Origin: Pseudomonadota bacterium
GTDB taxonomy: Bacteria; Desulfobacterota; Desulfobacteria; Desulfobacterales; RPRI01
Direction: 5' to 3'
Length of the DNA: 64,000 bases
NCBI GenBank assembly: GCA_018830925.1
Contig: JAHJRK010000203.1
Coordinates: 19,261 to 83,260, forward strand
Part shown: one piece after another, positions 20,656 to 30,336 of the stretch
Numbering within the stretch: position 1 is the first letter of the stretch
Layout of the letters: each line of letters starts with the position of its first letter
Program-made: the position numbers and the translations under genes
Notes under the pieces: generated by a model
What the model saw: only the letters and a program-made list of their open reading frames with translations
Told to the model about the DNA's origin: nothing
The model's database searches: none

Positions 20656-21063
20656 ATGCCGGATAAATTGTCATTACGGAACATGTCTAGTGCCCTTGAG
20701 AGCGCAATCAGTATAGCGCAACAGCGGCATAACATTATATCCAGCAATATCAGCAATTTGGAAACACCCGGATACAAGGCGAAGGATATTGATTTTAAAA
20801 CTGCAATGGCACAGGCCCTTGGTTCCGAATCAACGACTGCTTTGGCCAGAACGAATGCGGGGCATATCGGGCAGAATACCGGATCTGAACCTGAAATTGA
20901 ACCATTCGAGGAAGACGGAGAATGGAACGGGTTCAACTGGATGAGTATCGATAAAGTAATGAATAAGATGACGGAAAACAATCTTATTTACAGAACCGCA
21001 ACAGAAACATTGTTGAGAAAAATTGCAATAATGAAGGAAGTCATAAGAGAGGGAGGACGTTAG
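20656..21063 (+). CDS. flgB: Flagellar basal-body rod protein FlgB
   Basis: 'ISSNISNLETPGYKAKDIDF'. RBS AGGAGG precedes ATG 20656. Confidence 0.92.
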   Translation: MPDKLSLRNMSSALESAISIAQQRHNIISSNISNLETPGYKAKDIDFKTAMAQALGSESTTALARTNAGHIGQNTGSEPEIEPFEEDGEWNGFNWMSIDKVMNKMTENNLIYRTATETLLRKIAIMKEVIREGGR

Positions 21064-21064
21064 T

Positions 21065-21490
21065 ATGAATTTTTTAGATTCGCTGAAAATAAGCGCATCA
21101 GGTCTCTTTGCCCAGAGAAAAAGAATGGATGTTATTGCCGGGAACCTTTCAAACATCGAAACCACCCGAACAGAAAAGGGCGGGCCTTACAGGAGAAAAA
21201 TGATTTCCGTGGTTGCTGAACCGATCGATGACTTCGGTGATATGCTCGGATCGCAAATCGAAGGAGTTCGGGTTGACTCAGTCGTGGAGGATAACACGCC
21301 TTTTAAAATAGTCCATAATCCCGGCCATCCCGATGCTGATAAGGACGGAAACCTGCAAAAACCCAATGTGGATCTTGTTGTGGAAATGACGAACATGCTG
21401 ATGGCACGAAACGTCTATGCAGCCAATGTGCAAGCTCTAAAATCGACACGGCAGATGGTTATGAAAGCGCTGGAAATAGGGAAAACTTAA
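21065..21490 (+). CDS. flgC: Flagellar basal-body rod protein FlgC
   Basis: 'GGPYRRK', 'HNPGHPDAD' and 'PNVDLVVEM'. Confidence 0.96.
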   Translation: MNFLDSLKISASGLFAQRKRMDVIAGNLSNIETTRTEKGGPYRRKMISVVAEPIDDFGDMLGSQIEGVRVDSVVEDNTPFKIVHNPGHPDADKDGNLQKPNVDLVVEMTNMLMARNVYAANVQALKSTRQMVMKALEIGKT

Positions 21491-21662
21491 TTATTCGGGA
21501 GCCAGAATCCAGAATTCAGGAGCCAGAATGAAAAGGATGCCAGCTAAAGACCCTGGTTATGGTGATATCTTAAAGTTAATGTCCCAACTTGAAGAAGTGA
21601 GTAAATTTCTGAAGGCATATACTGCTTCTATTCTGGATTCTGGATTCTGGATTCTATCTTCT
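21488..21662. mobile_element. Inverted (CCAGAAT)n/(ATTCTGG)n cassette carrying a gene remnant
   Basis: TAATTATTCGGGAGCCAGAATCCAGAATTCAGGAGCCAGAAT...ATTCTGGATTCTGGATTCTGGATTCT. Confidence 0.8.
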
Positions 21663-21674
21663 AAGGAGTTATAA
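21528..21674 (+). pseudogene. Internally deleted four-helix-bundle (23S IVS protein-like) gene, 48 aa
   Basis: Translates to MKRMPAK-DPGYGDILKLMSQLEEVSKFLKAYTASILDSGFWILSSKEL. This resembles the N-terminus fused to the last helix of four-helix-bundle proteins (recognised by eye). Confidence 0.65.
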
Positions 21675-21675
21675 T

Positions 21676-21966
21676 ATGAATAACATAAAAATTGACGGCT
21701 TGTCCCCGGCCAGCCTCCAAAGGAGCGAACGGATAAATTCAAACGACCCCACAGGCTTTGGAAATGTTATAAAAAGTGCCATCGATAATGTGAACGGCTT
21801 GGAAAAGGATGCGGATAAGTCCATCCTGAATCTCCTTCAGGGAAAGGATGAGGTCCATACAACAATGATTGCGCTTCAAAAGGCCGATATATCCATGCGT
21901 ATGCTTCTATCGGTTAGAAATAAGGTTATTGAAGCCTATAGGGAAATAATGCGAATGCAGTTTTGA
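21676..21966 (+). CDS. fliE: Flagellar hook-basal body protein FliE
   Basis: 'MIALQKADIS...VRNKVIEAYREIMRMQ'. Confidence 0.96.
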   Translation: MNNIKIDGLSPASLQRSERINSNDPTGFGNVIKSAIDNVNGLEKDADKSILNLLQGKDEVHTTMIALQKADISMRMLLSVRNKVIEAYREIMRMQF

Positions 21967-22168
21967 CGGCTTCGTAAAAAGTCATTCTGCTGTGTTGCGC
22001 TTCGTCCCCGCCCCGTTGAATTCTCGCTGCGCGAGACGGCAGGGCCGATTCAACAGGGTGAATCGTTGCAGCGTACCAAAAAGTACGCTTCATTCCTCAA
22101 GATTCGCGCGCCTTGCATAATAAGCTTTTTACTTTGCCGTCCGAAAATGAATTTTTTACGAATCCATC
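21965..22168. mobile_element. ~204-bp MITE, copy 1
   Basis: IRs GACGGCTTCGTAAAAA / TTTTTACGAATCCATC, flanked by a duplicated AGTTTT. Confidence 0.88.
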
Positions 22169-22215
22169 AGTTTTAACCGGCTTTTCAGAAGGCCCAAAGA
22201 AAAAGAGCGAATGAA

Positions 22216-23784
22216 ATGAATGATTCTATAGTTCAATTTATAAATTTTATCAGATCGTTGCCGCCGTCAAAAAAAGTCACCATTGCTTTTACGGTGTTAC
22301 TTCTGGTTGCAGCTTTCACGGGCATGTTTTTACTGGCGAACCAGGTTGAATACAGAGTTCTGTTCAACAATCTGTCCGCCCAGGATGCTTCCTCCGTAAT
22401 AACCAAGTTAAAAGAAAAAAATGTTCCTTACAAAATTGAAGGAAACGGCGCACTGATTCTGGTACCTGCAGAGCAGGTGTACGAGTTGCGCCTCGGGCTT
22501 GCAGGAGAGGGGTTCCCAAAAGATGGTCAGGTCGGTTTTGAAATATTCGACAGGACTGACTATAAAACAACCCAATTCGTTCAGGGGCTCAATTACCAGA
22601 GAGCCCTGCAGGGTGAACTGGCCAGAACTATAAGCAGTTTCAAGGAGATAAACAGCGCCAGGGTATTTATTGTTCTTCCGAAAGAGTCGCTTTTTGTCGA
22701 AGACGCAAAGCCTGCTTCGGCCTCAATCCTGCTCGATCTGAAGTCAAACCTGCCCCCGGAAAGACTTACCGCTATTATTCATCTTGTCGCCAGCGCAGTC
22801 GAAGGACTCGATCCGGAACAGGTAACAGTTGCCGATACAAAAGGCCGGGTGATTTTTAAAGGGGGAAATAAAAACGAAACTAACGCGATGCTGAGCAATT
22901 CTCAACTGGACTTTAAGTCGAAGGTTGAAAGCGAAACCAGCAGAAATGTTCAAAGCATGCTGGAGGGGATCATCGGGGCCGGGAACGCAATTGTCCGGGT
23001 AACAGCCGATATAGATTTTAACAAAGTCAACCTGAACGAAGAGGAATATGATCCGTCGTCAACCAGCGTGAGGAGCAAGAGAGATATTGAAGAGTCCGCC
23101 CAGGCCGGAAATGCATCTCCGGAGGCGGCTTTAACAACGATTAATCAAAGAGCAGGCGTCGTTCCTTCCGAGTCGGTTTCACAAAACGGAAAGAAGAAAA
23201 AAGATACCCTTACCAATTACGAGATTAATAAAGTTACAAGAGTGATCTTCAAGCCGGCCGGAACCGTTAAGCGACTGTCGATTGCCGCCGTTATTGACGG
23301 AAGATATGAAGTGGAAAAGCTGAAGGATGGAACTGTAAAAAGAAACTATATCCAGAGAACCGACGAAGAATTAAAAAAGTTTGAAGATATCGTTAAAAGC
23401 GCGATGGGTTACAGTGAAGACCGCGAAGACCGGATTTCAGTGACCTCCATACCTTTTTCTGAAAGCGTTTCCGCTGAAAGCCGGATGGAAACTAAAGCTG
23501 ATGGTTTTGATTTTATAGCTCTGTTAAAGGATTACAGAAAAACGATTATAAATCTGTTTTTACTGGTTGCCGTCTTTTTTGTTCTGGTTAGACCATTGTT
23601 AAAAGGTTTGAAAAATATGCCGAGAGAGGCGGGTGTCAGCTATGCGGAACTTCCTGCAAACATTCGGGCAAATGTGCAACTTCCCGCGGGAGGCACACAT
23701 GGCAAGAGAGAAAAGATCATCGAAATGGGCAGAACCGATCCGGAAAAGGCGGAGCAGCTTATTAAAGGGTGGATAAGTGAGTAG
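22216..23784 (+). CDS. fliF: Flagellar M-ring protein FliF
   Basis: 'VGFEIFD', 'YQRALQGELARTI' and 'NYEINK'; two TM segments. Confidence 0.97.
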   Translation: MNDSIVQFINFIRSLPPSKKVTIAFTVLLLVAAFTGMFLLANQVEYRVLFNNLSAQDASSVITKLKEKNVPYKIEGNGALILVPAEQVYELRLGLAGEGFPKDGQVGFEIFDRTDYKTTQFVQGLNYQRALQGELARTISSFKEINSARVFIVLPKESLFVEDAKPASASILLDLKSNLPPERLTAIIHLVASAVEGLDPEQVTVADTKGRVIFKGGNKNETNAMLSNSQLDFKSKVESETSRNVQSMLEGIIGAGNAIVRVTADIDFNKVNLNEEEYDPSSTSVRSKRDIEESAQAGNASPEAALTTINQRAGVVPSESVSQNGKKKKDTLTNYEINKVTRVIFKPAGTVKRLSIAAVIDGRYEVEKLKDGTVKRNYIQRTDEELKKFEDIVKSAMGYSEDREDRISVTSIPFSESVSAESRMETKADGFDFIALLKDYRKTIINLFLLVAVFFVLVRPLLKGLKNMPREAGVSYAELPANIRANVQLPAGGTHGKREKIIEMGRTDPEKAEQLIKGWISE

Positions 23785-23787
23785 AAA

Positions 23788-24810
23788 ATGAACGCAGACA
23801 TGAATGATACCAAAAGAATGACAGGACTCCAGAAATCGGCGATTCTGCTGATGGCGATGGGCGAAGAGTTTACGGCTTCATTTTTCAAAAAAGTTGATGA
23901 AAATACCATCAAGAAGATCGGCAGGTACATGTCAAAAATATCCTCTGTCCCTCCGGATCTTTTGAATTCAGTGGTTGATGAGATGGCTCAAAGCTATGAA
24001 AAAGGCAGGTCTCTTAACGTGTCCGGCAAATCGTTTCTGAAGCAGGTTGTGGATAAATCTTCGGGTGAGTCTGCGGTCAGGGTGGCTTTCAAGTCTATAG
24101 AAAGAGAAAGTGAAAATACTCCTTTCAGCGAGCTTTCCTATCTCCCGGCGAAAAGTGTGATGAATGTGTTTAAGAATGAGCATCCCCAAACGGTTGCGCT
24201 GGTCCTCTCCAACCTCCCGCAGGACAAGGCCGCTGAAATATTTTGTTTGTTCCCGGATGAAATCAAGGCTGACCTGGCATTAAGAATATTGCAGATCGGG
24301 GAAGTACAGAACGATGTCATCAGGGACCTTGACGAGATAATCAAGAATGAGATCAACAGCCTCGGAACAAGTTCGACAAAAAAGTTCAACGGAGTTGATG
24401 CGCTGGCCAGCATTTTAAACGAGGTCGACGGCAAAACCGAAAAAAGTATCATGTCGTATATAGAAAAAGAGGATGGTGAGCTGGCTGAAAAGATACGTCA
24501 GAAGATGTTCCTGTTTGAGGATTTGTTAAAGGTTGACGACAAGGGTTTCAGGGAAATTATGAAAAACATTAATAATGACATAATTATAAAGGCTTTAAAA
24601 ACCGCATCTGACGATATGAAACAAAAAATATTTAAAAATTTATCTGAAAGGGCTGCCGAAATGCTTAAGGAGGAGCTGGAAGTACTTGGTCCTGTCCGGC
24701 TGAAAGAGGTTGAAGAAAATCAGCAGTTGATTATCAAAGCCGCCAAGAAGCTGGAAGCTGAAGGCAAAATAGTTATTTCAGGAAAAGGGAAAGAAGATGT
24801 ATTTGTCTAA
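23788..24810 (+). CDS. fliG: Flagellar motor switch protein FliG
   Basis: 'EHPQTVALVL', 'MFLFEDL' and 'NLSERAAEML...GPVRLKEVE'. Confidence 0.97.
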   Translation: MNADMNDTKRMTGLQKSAILLMAMGEEFTASFFKKVDENTIKKIGRYMSKISSVPPDLLNSVVDEMAQSYEKGRSLNVSGKSFLKQVVDKSSGESAVRVAFKSIERESENTPFSELSYLPAKSVMNVFKNEHPQTVALVLSNLPQDKAAEIFCLFPDEIKADLALRILQIGEVQNDVIRDLDEIIKNEINSLGTSSTKKFNGVDALASILNEVDGKTEKSIMSYIEKEDGELAEKIRQKMFLFEDLLKVDDKGFREIMKNINNDIIIKALKTASDDMKQKIFKNLSERAAEMLKEELEVLGPVRLKEVEENQQLIIKAAKKLEAEGKIVISGKGKEDVFV

Positions 24811-24811
24811 G

Positions 24812-24874
24812 ATACAGGCTGAAGTCTGAAGGTGAAAGCTAAAAACCTAACAGCCTACAGGCTAAACACCTAAG
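24812..24874. repeat. 63-nt inverted heptamer element between CTAAG direct repeats
   Basis: CTAAG at 24807-24811 and 24870-24874, with AGGCTGA.../...CAGCCTA arms. Confidence 0.8.
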
Positions 24875-24886
24875 AAGGGTGATAAC

Positions 24887-25591
24887 TTGAAACAATATGA
24901 AATAAAGCCTTTTGATTCATTCCCTCCCACGGTAAAAGGCGAAAACAGACTTTTTACGGCAATTCAAACCGCAGGAGTGAAAAAAGCGGTCTTTCAGCAA
25001 CTGGACGGCAAGGGTAACTACAGGAAAAATGAAAGCCCGGATACTATCATGGCGAAAGCCCGTGAAAAAGCCGCCGTGCTGGAACGGGAGGCATATGAGA
25101 AAGGATTTGCACAGGGTGAAAAAGACGGTCTCGAATTAGGGACCGTGAAGGCGCTGAAAATCGTTGAGAACATAGAAAGTCTTCTGGATGAAATCAGCGT
25201 TTTACAAACCGATATCGTTAAACGTTATGAAAAGGATATACTGGGGCTTATCTGTTCGGTTGCGGAAAAAGTCGTTCACCACCATGTCTCGCTGAACGAG
25301 CCTGCAATAAGGGAAACGGTCATCAAGGCGATTCAACTGTCAACGGAAAAGAGATCCGTCCTCCTGAAGATTAATCCCGAGGAATTTGATTATATCGACC
25401 GGTTGAAGCCGGAATTTTTCCAGCGGTTCAATGAACTGGCATCCCTGGAGATCGTTTCCAATCCATCCGTCAGCAGGGGAGGATGTTTCCTTGAAACTCC
25501 CTGCGGGGATGTCGATGCGCGGGTGGAAACGCAACTGGAGATGATCCGCCGGCGCCTTGAAGAAGCATACACGGGAAACGGAGATGAGTGA
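24887..25591 (+). CDS. fliH: Flagellar assembly protein FliH (TTG start; the ancestral start may be ATG 24797)
   Basis: 'AYEKGFAQGEKDG' (GxxxG repeats) and 'GGCFLET..GDVDA', between fliG and fliI. Confidence 0.92.
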   Translation: MKQYEIKPFDSFPPTVKGENRLFTAIQTAGVKKAVFQQLDGKGNYRKNESPDTIMAKAREKAAVLEREAYEKGFAQGEKDGLELGTVKALKIVENIESLLDEISVLQTDIVKRYEKDILGLICSVAEKVVHHHVSLNEPAIRETVIKAIQLSTEKRSVLLKINPEEFDYIDRLKPEFFQRFNELASLEIVSNPSVSRGGCFLETPCGDVDARVETQLEMIRRRLEEAYTGNGDE

Positions 25592-26915
25592 CCTGAACGG
25601 ACAGATCAATTGGAGCAAATATACCGAGTCGCTGGATTCCTGCCGTTCCCTCCGGTTACAGGGCAGGATCACAAAACTGGCGGGAATTGTAGCTGAAGCA
25701 AACGGGCCAGGACTCAGTGTCGGGAGCCTTTGCGAGATCGAAGCCGCTCCGGGGCATAATATAAGAGCGGAGGTTGTAGGATTCAAAGACCAGCGACTGT
25801 TACTGATGCCGTTTGGAGAAATGAGGGGCATAAAGCCGGGCAGCAGAATTGTCGGAATAAACAACAGGCCGACCGTACCTGTGGGGAAGGCATATCTCGG
25901 CAGGGTGATTGACGGACTTGGCCTGCCGATAGACGGCAAAGGAGCCATAAGGCCGGATTGCGAGTATCCTACTTATGGGGATCTCCTTAACCCGTTGCAA
26001 AGAGGGATCATCACGGAAGTTATGGATGTGGGCATCAGAGCGGTTAACGCCCTGATAACCGTGGGCAAAGGACAGAGAATGGCGATCATGTCCGGATCGG
26101 GAGTCGGAAAGAGCGTGTTGATGGGCATGATGGCAAGAAATACAGCGGCAGATGTTGCAATAATAGCGTTGATCGGTGAACGTGGCAGGGAGGTCAGGGA
26201 TTTTGTTGAAAAAGATCTGGGTGAGATCGGGATACAAAAGTCGATTGTTGTTGCGTCAACATCAGATTCGCCAGCCCTGGTCAGGATAAGAGCGGCGTAT
26301 CTCGCTACTGCTCTGGCAGAGTATTTCAGGGATAATGGGTCGGATGTTCTTCTTCTCATGGATTCAATAACCAGGGTGGCAATGTCATTGAGAGAGGTTG
26401 GTCTTGCGGCCGGAGAGCCTCCGACAGCAAAAGGATATACGCCAAGCGTTTTCAGCCAGTTGCCGAAACTCCTCGAACGGGCCGGCAATATTGAGAAGAA
26501 GGGAAGTATCACGGGTATATACAACGTGCTGGTGGAAGGGGATGATATGAGCGAGCCGATAGCCGATAGCGTTCGTTCCATAGTGGATGGGCATATCGTG
26601 CTGTCTAGAGCGCTTGCGCACCGTGGTCACTATCCGGCGATAGATGTAATGGCGAGTATCAGCAGAGTAATGAAAGATATCGTTTCAGCCGGCCATCAGA
26701 GCAGCGCAAATAAAATGGTCAAAACCCTTTCCACCTACAGAGATGCCGAGGATTTGATTAACATAGGAGCCTATGCCGACGGCAGTGATCCCGATATCGA
26801 TTTTGCAAAAAAAATGATCGGGAAGATCAATGCGTTCCTCCAGCAGGATATTCATCAAAAGATGAGTTTTGATGAAAGCGTTTCGCGACTGAATCTTTTG
26901 CTCGAGGGGAATTGA
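25584..26915 (+). CDS. fliI: Flagellar export ATPase FliI
   Basis: Walker A 'GSGVGKS', 'LIGERGREV' and 'GEPPTAKGY'. Confidence 0.97.
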   Translation: MSDLNGQINWSKYTESLDSCRSLRLQGRITKLAGIVAEANGPGLSVGSLCEIEAAPGHNIRAEVVGFKDQRLLLMPFGEMRGIKPGSRIVGINNRPTVPVGKAYLGRVIDGLGLPIDGKGAIRPDCEYPTYGDLLNPLQRGIITEVMDVGIRAVNALITVGKGQRMAIMSGSGVGKSVLMGMMARNTAADVAIIALIGERGREVRDFVEKDLGEIGIQKSIVVASTSDSPALVRIRAAYLATALAEYFRDNGSDVLLLMDSITRVAMSLREVGLAAGEPPTAKGYTPSVFSQLPKLLERAGNIEKKGSITGIYNVLVEGDDMSEPIADSVRSIVDGHIVLSRALAHRGHYPAIDVMASISRVMKDIVSAGHQSSANKMVKTLSTYRDAEDLINIGAYADGSDPDIDFAKKMIGKINAFLQQDIHQKMSFDESVSRLNLLLEGN

Positions 26916-26916
26916 A

Positions 26917-27363
26917 ATGAAAAAATTTTCCTTCAGGCTTGAAAAAGTATTACGCTATCGAAAATATCTGGAAACAAAAGCCCAGATCAAATTAGTCAGC
27001 ACAATAAACGAGTATAACATTATAGAGAATTCGATTAAAATGATCGTTGTGAAACGCAAAGAACTTTCGGGCGAATGCAGCGAGGAGAAGCGGAAAGGGA
27101 TGGATGTTGCCCGTTACCGGCTCTATTATCACTTTAACCGGAAATTGAATGACGACTTGGAAGCGGGCGATCTCGCCCTGAAAAAATCAGAGGCAACAGT
27201 TATTCTGCACAGAACGTTGCTGAAAAAGGAATCAGTAAAGAAAAAAACATTAGATACATTAAAGGAAGTTCAGAGTTGCCGGTATCGGGATATATCCGAA
27301 AAAGAGGAACAAAAGGAAATGGATGAAACAGCCATCATCAGAAGAATAAGGATAACAAAATGA
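26917..27363 (+). CDS. fliJ: Flagellar export protein FliJ
   Basis: 'FSFRLEKVLRYR', coiled coil and 'EQKEMDE', located after fliI. Confidence 0.88.
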   Translation: MKKFSFRLEKVLRYRKYLETKAQIKLVSTINEYNIIENSIKMIVVKRKELSGECSEEKRKGMDVARYRLYYHFNRKLNDDLEAGDLALKKSEATVILHRTLLKKESVKKKTLDTLKEVQSCRYRDISEKEEQKEMDETAIIRRIRITK

Positions 27364-27899
27364 AATCATTAACCTATATTTCTTTCGCGGCTTTGCTCGT
27401 CCTGAAAATAATACTGGTGTCATTGTATATCTTTCGGGCGGAACTTAATCCGGTATTCTGGGGCACAAATGCCATTGCCGCGGAACAGAAGACAACCGCA
27501 GAAGTGAAAACAGAACAGCCGGTGGCCGTCCGGGAAGATAGAACAGTCGATCTTGAAGTACTTTTACAAAAAAAAGCCGAACTTAAAGTGCAGGAAGAGG
27601 ATCTAAAATCCATCAGAGATGATATCGACATTAAAATTGGAAAGCTGACGAAGCTCAGGGCAGAGATAAAAAACGATTTGGCCAGAAAAGAAACAATTGA
27701 AGGACAGAGTCTCAAACACCTGATAAAAGCTTATTCGGCAATGAAGCCTCAAAGCGCGGCGGAAGTGATAGGAAAACTTGACAAGAGTTTTGCCGTTGAG
27801 CTCCTTTCACAGATGAAAGGGGAAAGCGTTGGAGCTATTCTCTCTTTTATGGATAGAGAAAAAGCTGCAAGAATTGTTGAAGGACTTGCCCAAAGGTAA
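27360..27899 (+). CDS. MotE/FlbB-like protein (TM, coiled coil, MgtE-N-like domain)
   Basis: 'LIKAYSAMKPQSAA...ILSFMDREKAARI'. Confidence 0.8.
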   Translation: MKSLTYISFAALLVLKIILVSLYIFRAELNPVFWGTNAIAAEQKTTAEVKTEQPVAVREDRTVDLEVLLQKKAELKVQEEDLKSIRDDIDIKIGKLTKLRAEIKNDLARKETIEGQSLKHLIKAYSAMKPQSAAEVIGKLDKSFAVELLSQMKGESVGAILSFMDREKAARIVEGLAQR

Positions 27900-27927
27900 A
27901 ACACTCAGGCAGGCAGACTGAAGGCTT

Positions 27928-28119
27928 TCAGGTATAAATATCTATAAATACTCCCTTTTCCCAGAAATAGACTGATTTGTGCCGGACCTTGTTTTCAAAG
28001 GCAATGGAATCCTTACGGCGTTCCGAAGAAAACTTAGCGGCAGAATCCTTTCGCAGAATGGTAACATCCGGAGTGTACACCGGCACTAACGGCCAATTGT
28101 TATTAACCTCATTAACCAT
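27928..28119 (-). CDS. Small antisense-oriented protein ending KGVFIDIYT
   Basis: RBS-like AGGTGGGG before the ATG. The C-terminal 'G..IDI.' motif resembles that of 46628-46933. Confidence 0.6.
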   Translation of the reverse strand: MVNEVNNNWPLVPVYTPDVTILRKDSAAKFSSERRKDSIAFENKVRHKSVYFWEKGVFIDIYT

Positions 28120-28481
28120 AACAGCCCCACCTGAATCGAATATCGTACTTCGCGCTTCTATTCTCGGAGTACGATATAATCACACAGCAGAATGACGGCT
28201 TCGTAAAAAGTCATTCAAAGAATAATCCCTGCGTCTTTTGGGTTCCGTGTGAGAACAATTGAACGAGATCCGATCGGAAAATTATTCTGACAATCGCTAT
28301 ATCCGTTTATAGAACACAATCAGGAATGAATATCAAGACGTTTTCAAAAGGGGAAATATTTTCCCCTCCCCCCTTTACCATGAGGAAAATATTATCTCTT
28401 TTTCTGCCTGCCGTTTTTCAGTCTCCGGTTTGCAATTCTATAACATATTGTATTTGCGGCATATAAACTTTGATTCAAATG

Positions 28482-28498
28482 TTGGTATGCCCTTTGCT
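28482..28498 (+). promoter_or_regulatory. Sigma54 promoter of fliK-flgD-flgE
   Basis: TTGGTATGCCCTTTGCT, with an upstream palindrome GGGGAAATATTTTCCCC at 28350-28366. Confidence 0.72.
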
Positions 28499-28536
28499 AT
28501 ATGTATTATCAAACTTCTAAATAAAGGCTTAACGAG

Positions 28537-30330
28537 ATGATTATGAATATGATGATTGCAGGCTCAATAATTAATTCCCTTCTTGGCGGATTGATGGGTG
28601 AATCAAAACCTTCAGTGGGGGAAGACGGGGCCAAAAATTTTGACTCGTTGATTAAAAAGTTACTTTTAAACATAAAAGAAGCAAACAGCGCCTCGAATGG
28701 CCTGACGTCGAAGACACCTGAAACGAGTGGGCTCAGGACAGGCATTTACCTGAAAGCTTTTAATACCGGCCTTGCAGCAAAAGGCAAATCATCGGATAAT
28801 GCTTATCTGAAAAGCAATGATATTAATATGTTGACGGAGTTTCTTCTCCAATGCGGATACACGGAAGCTGATGCGCGGCAATATATCGGGAAACTGCTTG
28901 AGAAGCATCCGGATGGAATGATTCCGCTTTCCGAATTTTTTTCTCAGATAGCAGCTCCGGAGACAACCGGGGGAAAGCCATATTCATCCATAATCATTGA
29001 CCCTTCGATAACTCCAAAGTTTGATTCTCTTTTAAAAGATTTCGGACTGACCCTTGAGGAGACGGACCGTACTCTCAATGCCGCCCGTGCCGCCGATGGC
29101 GGGCTGGATCTGGATAAACTGATTGCTCAATTGAAAGCGACCAGGAACAGGATGAGGGGAGAAAAACGCGGGGCAGCTCAAGATATTCCGTCGGCCAGGG
29201 TTTTAACAAAGCTCGAAGAACTGGGGATTCAGGTCCAACCGGATCCGGCAGCGGGCCGTGTCCCAATGGATGATCTTATCACGGGGCTGGAACAGTTGAA
29301 AGGCCGGGTAAATGCAGGAGGACATGGGATAGATAACGGTTTTCCGAAAGACCATCATTTGCCTGGCGTTGATACCACCGGCAGAGGACACGACGGCAGG
29401 TTAACGTGGAAGATTGTTCAAACGGGACAGGAAAATTCGGCAGAAGTAAAAAATAGTGCCGGCCAATTGCCTCTTGATGTGAAATCATCCATGGACCGGA
29501 TCGTCGAAAGATCCGTTGCAGACGGTGAAAAACTTGAACTGCGCTTAGCCGGGCCATCCGTTTTACAGCTCAAATCGGCATCTTCAGCCGGAAACAATAA
29601 AACCGGCGAAAGCGGTCATGACGCTGAAGATGGCCTTATGAAGGGACCGTTCCAAAAAAACGGAAAGCCGCCGGTTAATGAGGGAAGCCGGATTTTGGAA
29701 GCCGAACTGCAGGAGAAATTGGGCCGGATTTCCGATATTAATGGCGGCTCCGGATATAAAAAGGAGACGACCGTAGAGACAAACCGCTACGACTCAAAGA
29801 CCAAAGCAGTTGAAATTCTTCAGGAAGGAGGCGCTTCCGTTCGGTTTGAAACGCTTACGTCAATGCCCCGTAACAGGCAGGCTGACAATAGCTTCTTTCC
29901 GGAACACATTGTTGATCAGCTCGGAAAGCAGATTTCAAGGTCTGTTTTGAAGGGAGACAGGATTATCAACCTGCAGTTGTATCCACCGGAACTGGGAACA
30001 GTGAAGCTGTCCATGGAGATTAAAGGCAACACATTGCATCTTGGAATGGTTACCGAAAGCAGTTCGGTAAAAGAAGTCATGCTTGCCGGCGCTCACGAAC
30101 TTAAGGCAGCCCTGTTGGGTCAGGGCATCAAACTTGAAAGTCTGGATGTTCAGGTCAGACAGAGTTTCGGACAGTCTTTAATGAATTTAAATGAAGGCTC
30201 GGGACAGGAGCACCAGCAGTATCAGAAAACGAACGGGGATCTGTTACCGGGCAATGACATTCAGGAAGAAGTATTGCCGGATTCCCGAAGTATGGCAGGA
30301 AGAGTCTATTTACTGAATTTGGAGGCATAA
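28537..30330 (+). CDS. fliK: Flagellar hook-length control protein FliK
   Basis: C-terminal 'LQLYPPELGTVKL...ELKAALLGQGI', located upstream of flgD. Confidence 0.9.
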   Translation: MIMNMMIAGSIINSLLGGLMGESKPSVGEDGAKNFDSLIKKLLLNIKEANSASNGLTSKTPETSGLRTGIYLKAFNTGLAAKGKSSDNAYLKSNDINMLTEFLLQCGYTEADARQYIGKLLEKHPDGMIPLSEFFSQIAAPETTGGKPYSSIIIDPSITPKFDSLLKDFGLTLEETDRTLNAARAADGGLDLDKLIAQLKATRNRMRGEKRGAAQDIPSARVLTKLEELGIQVQPDPAAGRVPMDDLITGLEQLKGRVNAGGHGIDNGFPKDHHLPGVDTTGRGHDGRLTWKIVQTGQENSAEVKNSAGQLPLDVKSSMDRIVERSVADGEKLELRLAGPSVLQLKSASSAGNNKTGESGHDAEDGLMKGPFQKNGKPPVNEGSRILEAELQEKLGRISDINGGSGYKKETTVETNRYDSKTKAVEILQEGGASVRFETLTSMPRNRQADNSFFPEHIVDQLGKQISRSVLKGDRIINLQLYPPELGTVKLSMEIKGNTLHLGMVTESSSVKEVMLAGAHELKAALLGQGIKLESLDVQVRQSFGQSLMNLNEGSGQEHQQYQKTNGDLLPGNDIQEEVLPDSRSMAGRVYLLNLEA

Positions 30331-30336
30331 TTTAAA

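Noticed and set aside
24827-24865. Selenocysteine readthrough of TGA in the fliH 5' extension, given selC nearby
   Set aside because: The frame contains two TGA and two TAA stops, so Sec insertion cannot bridge it.
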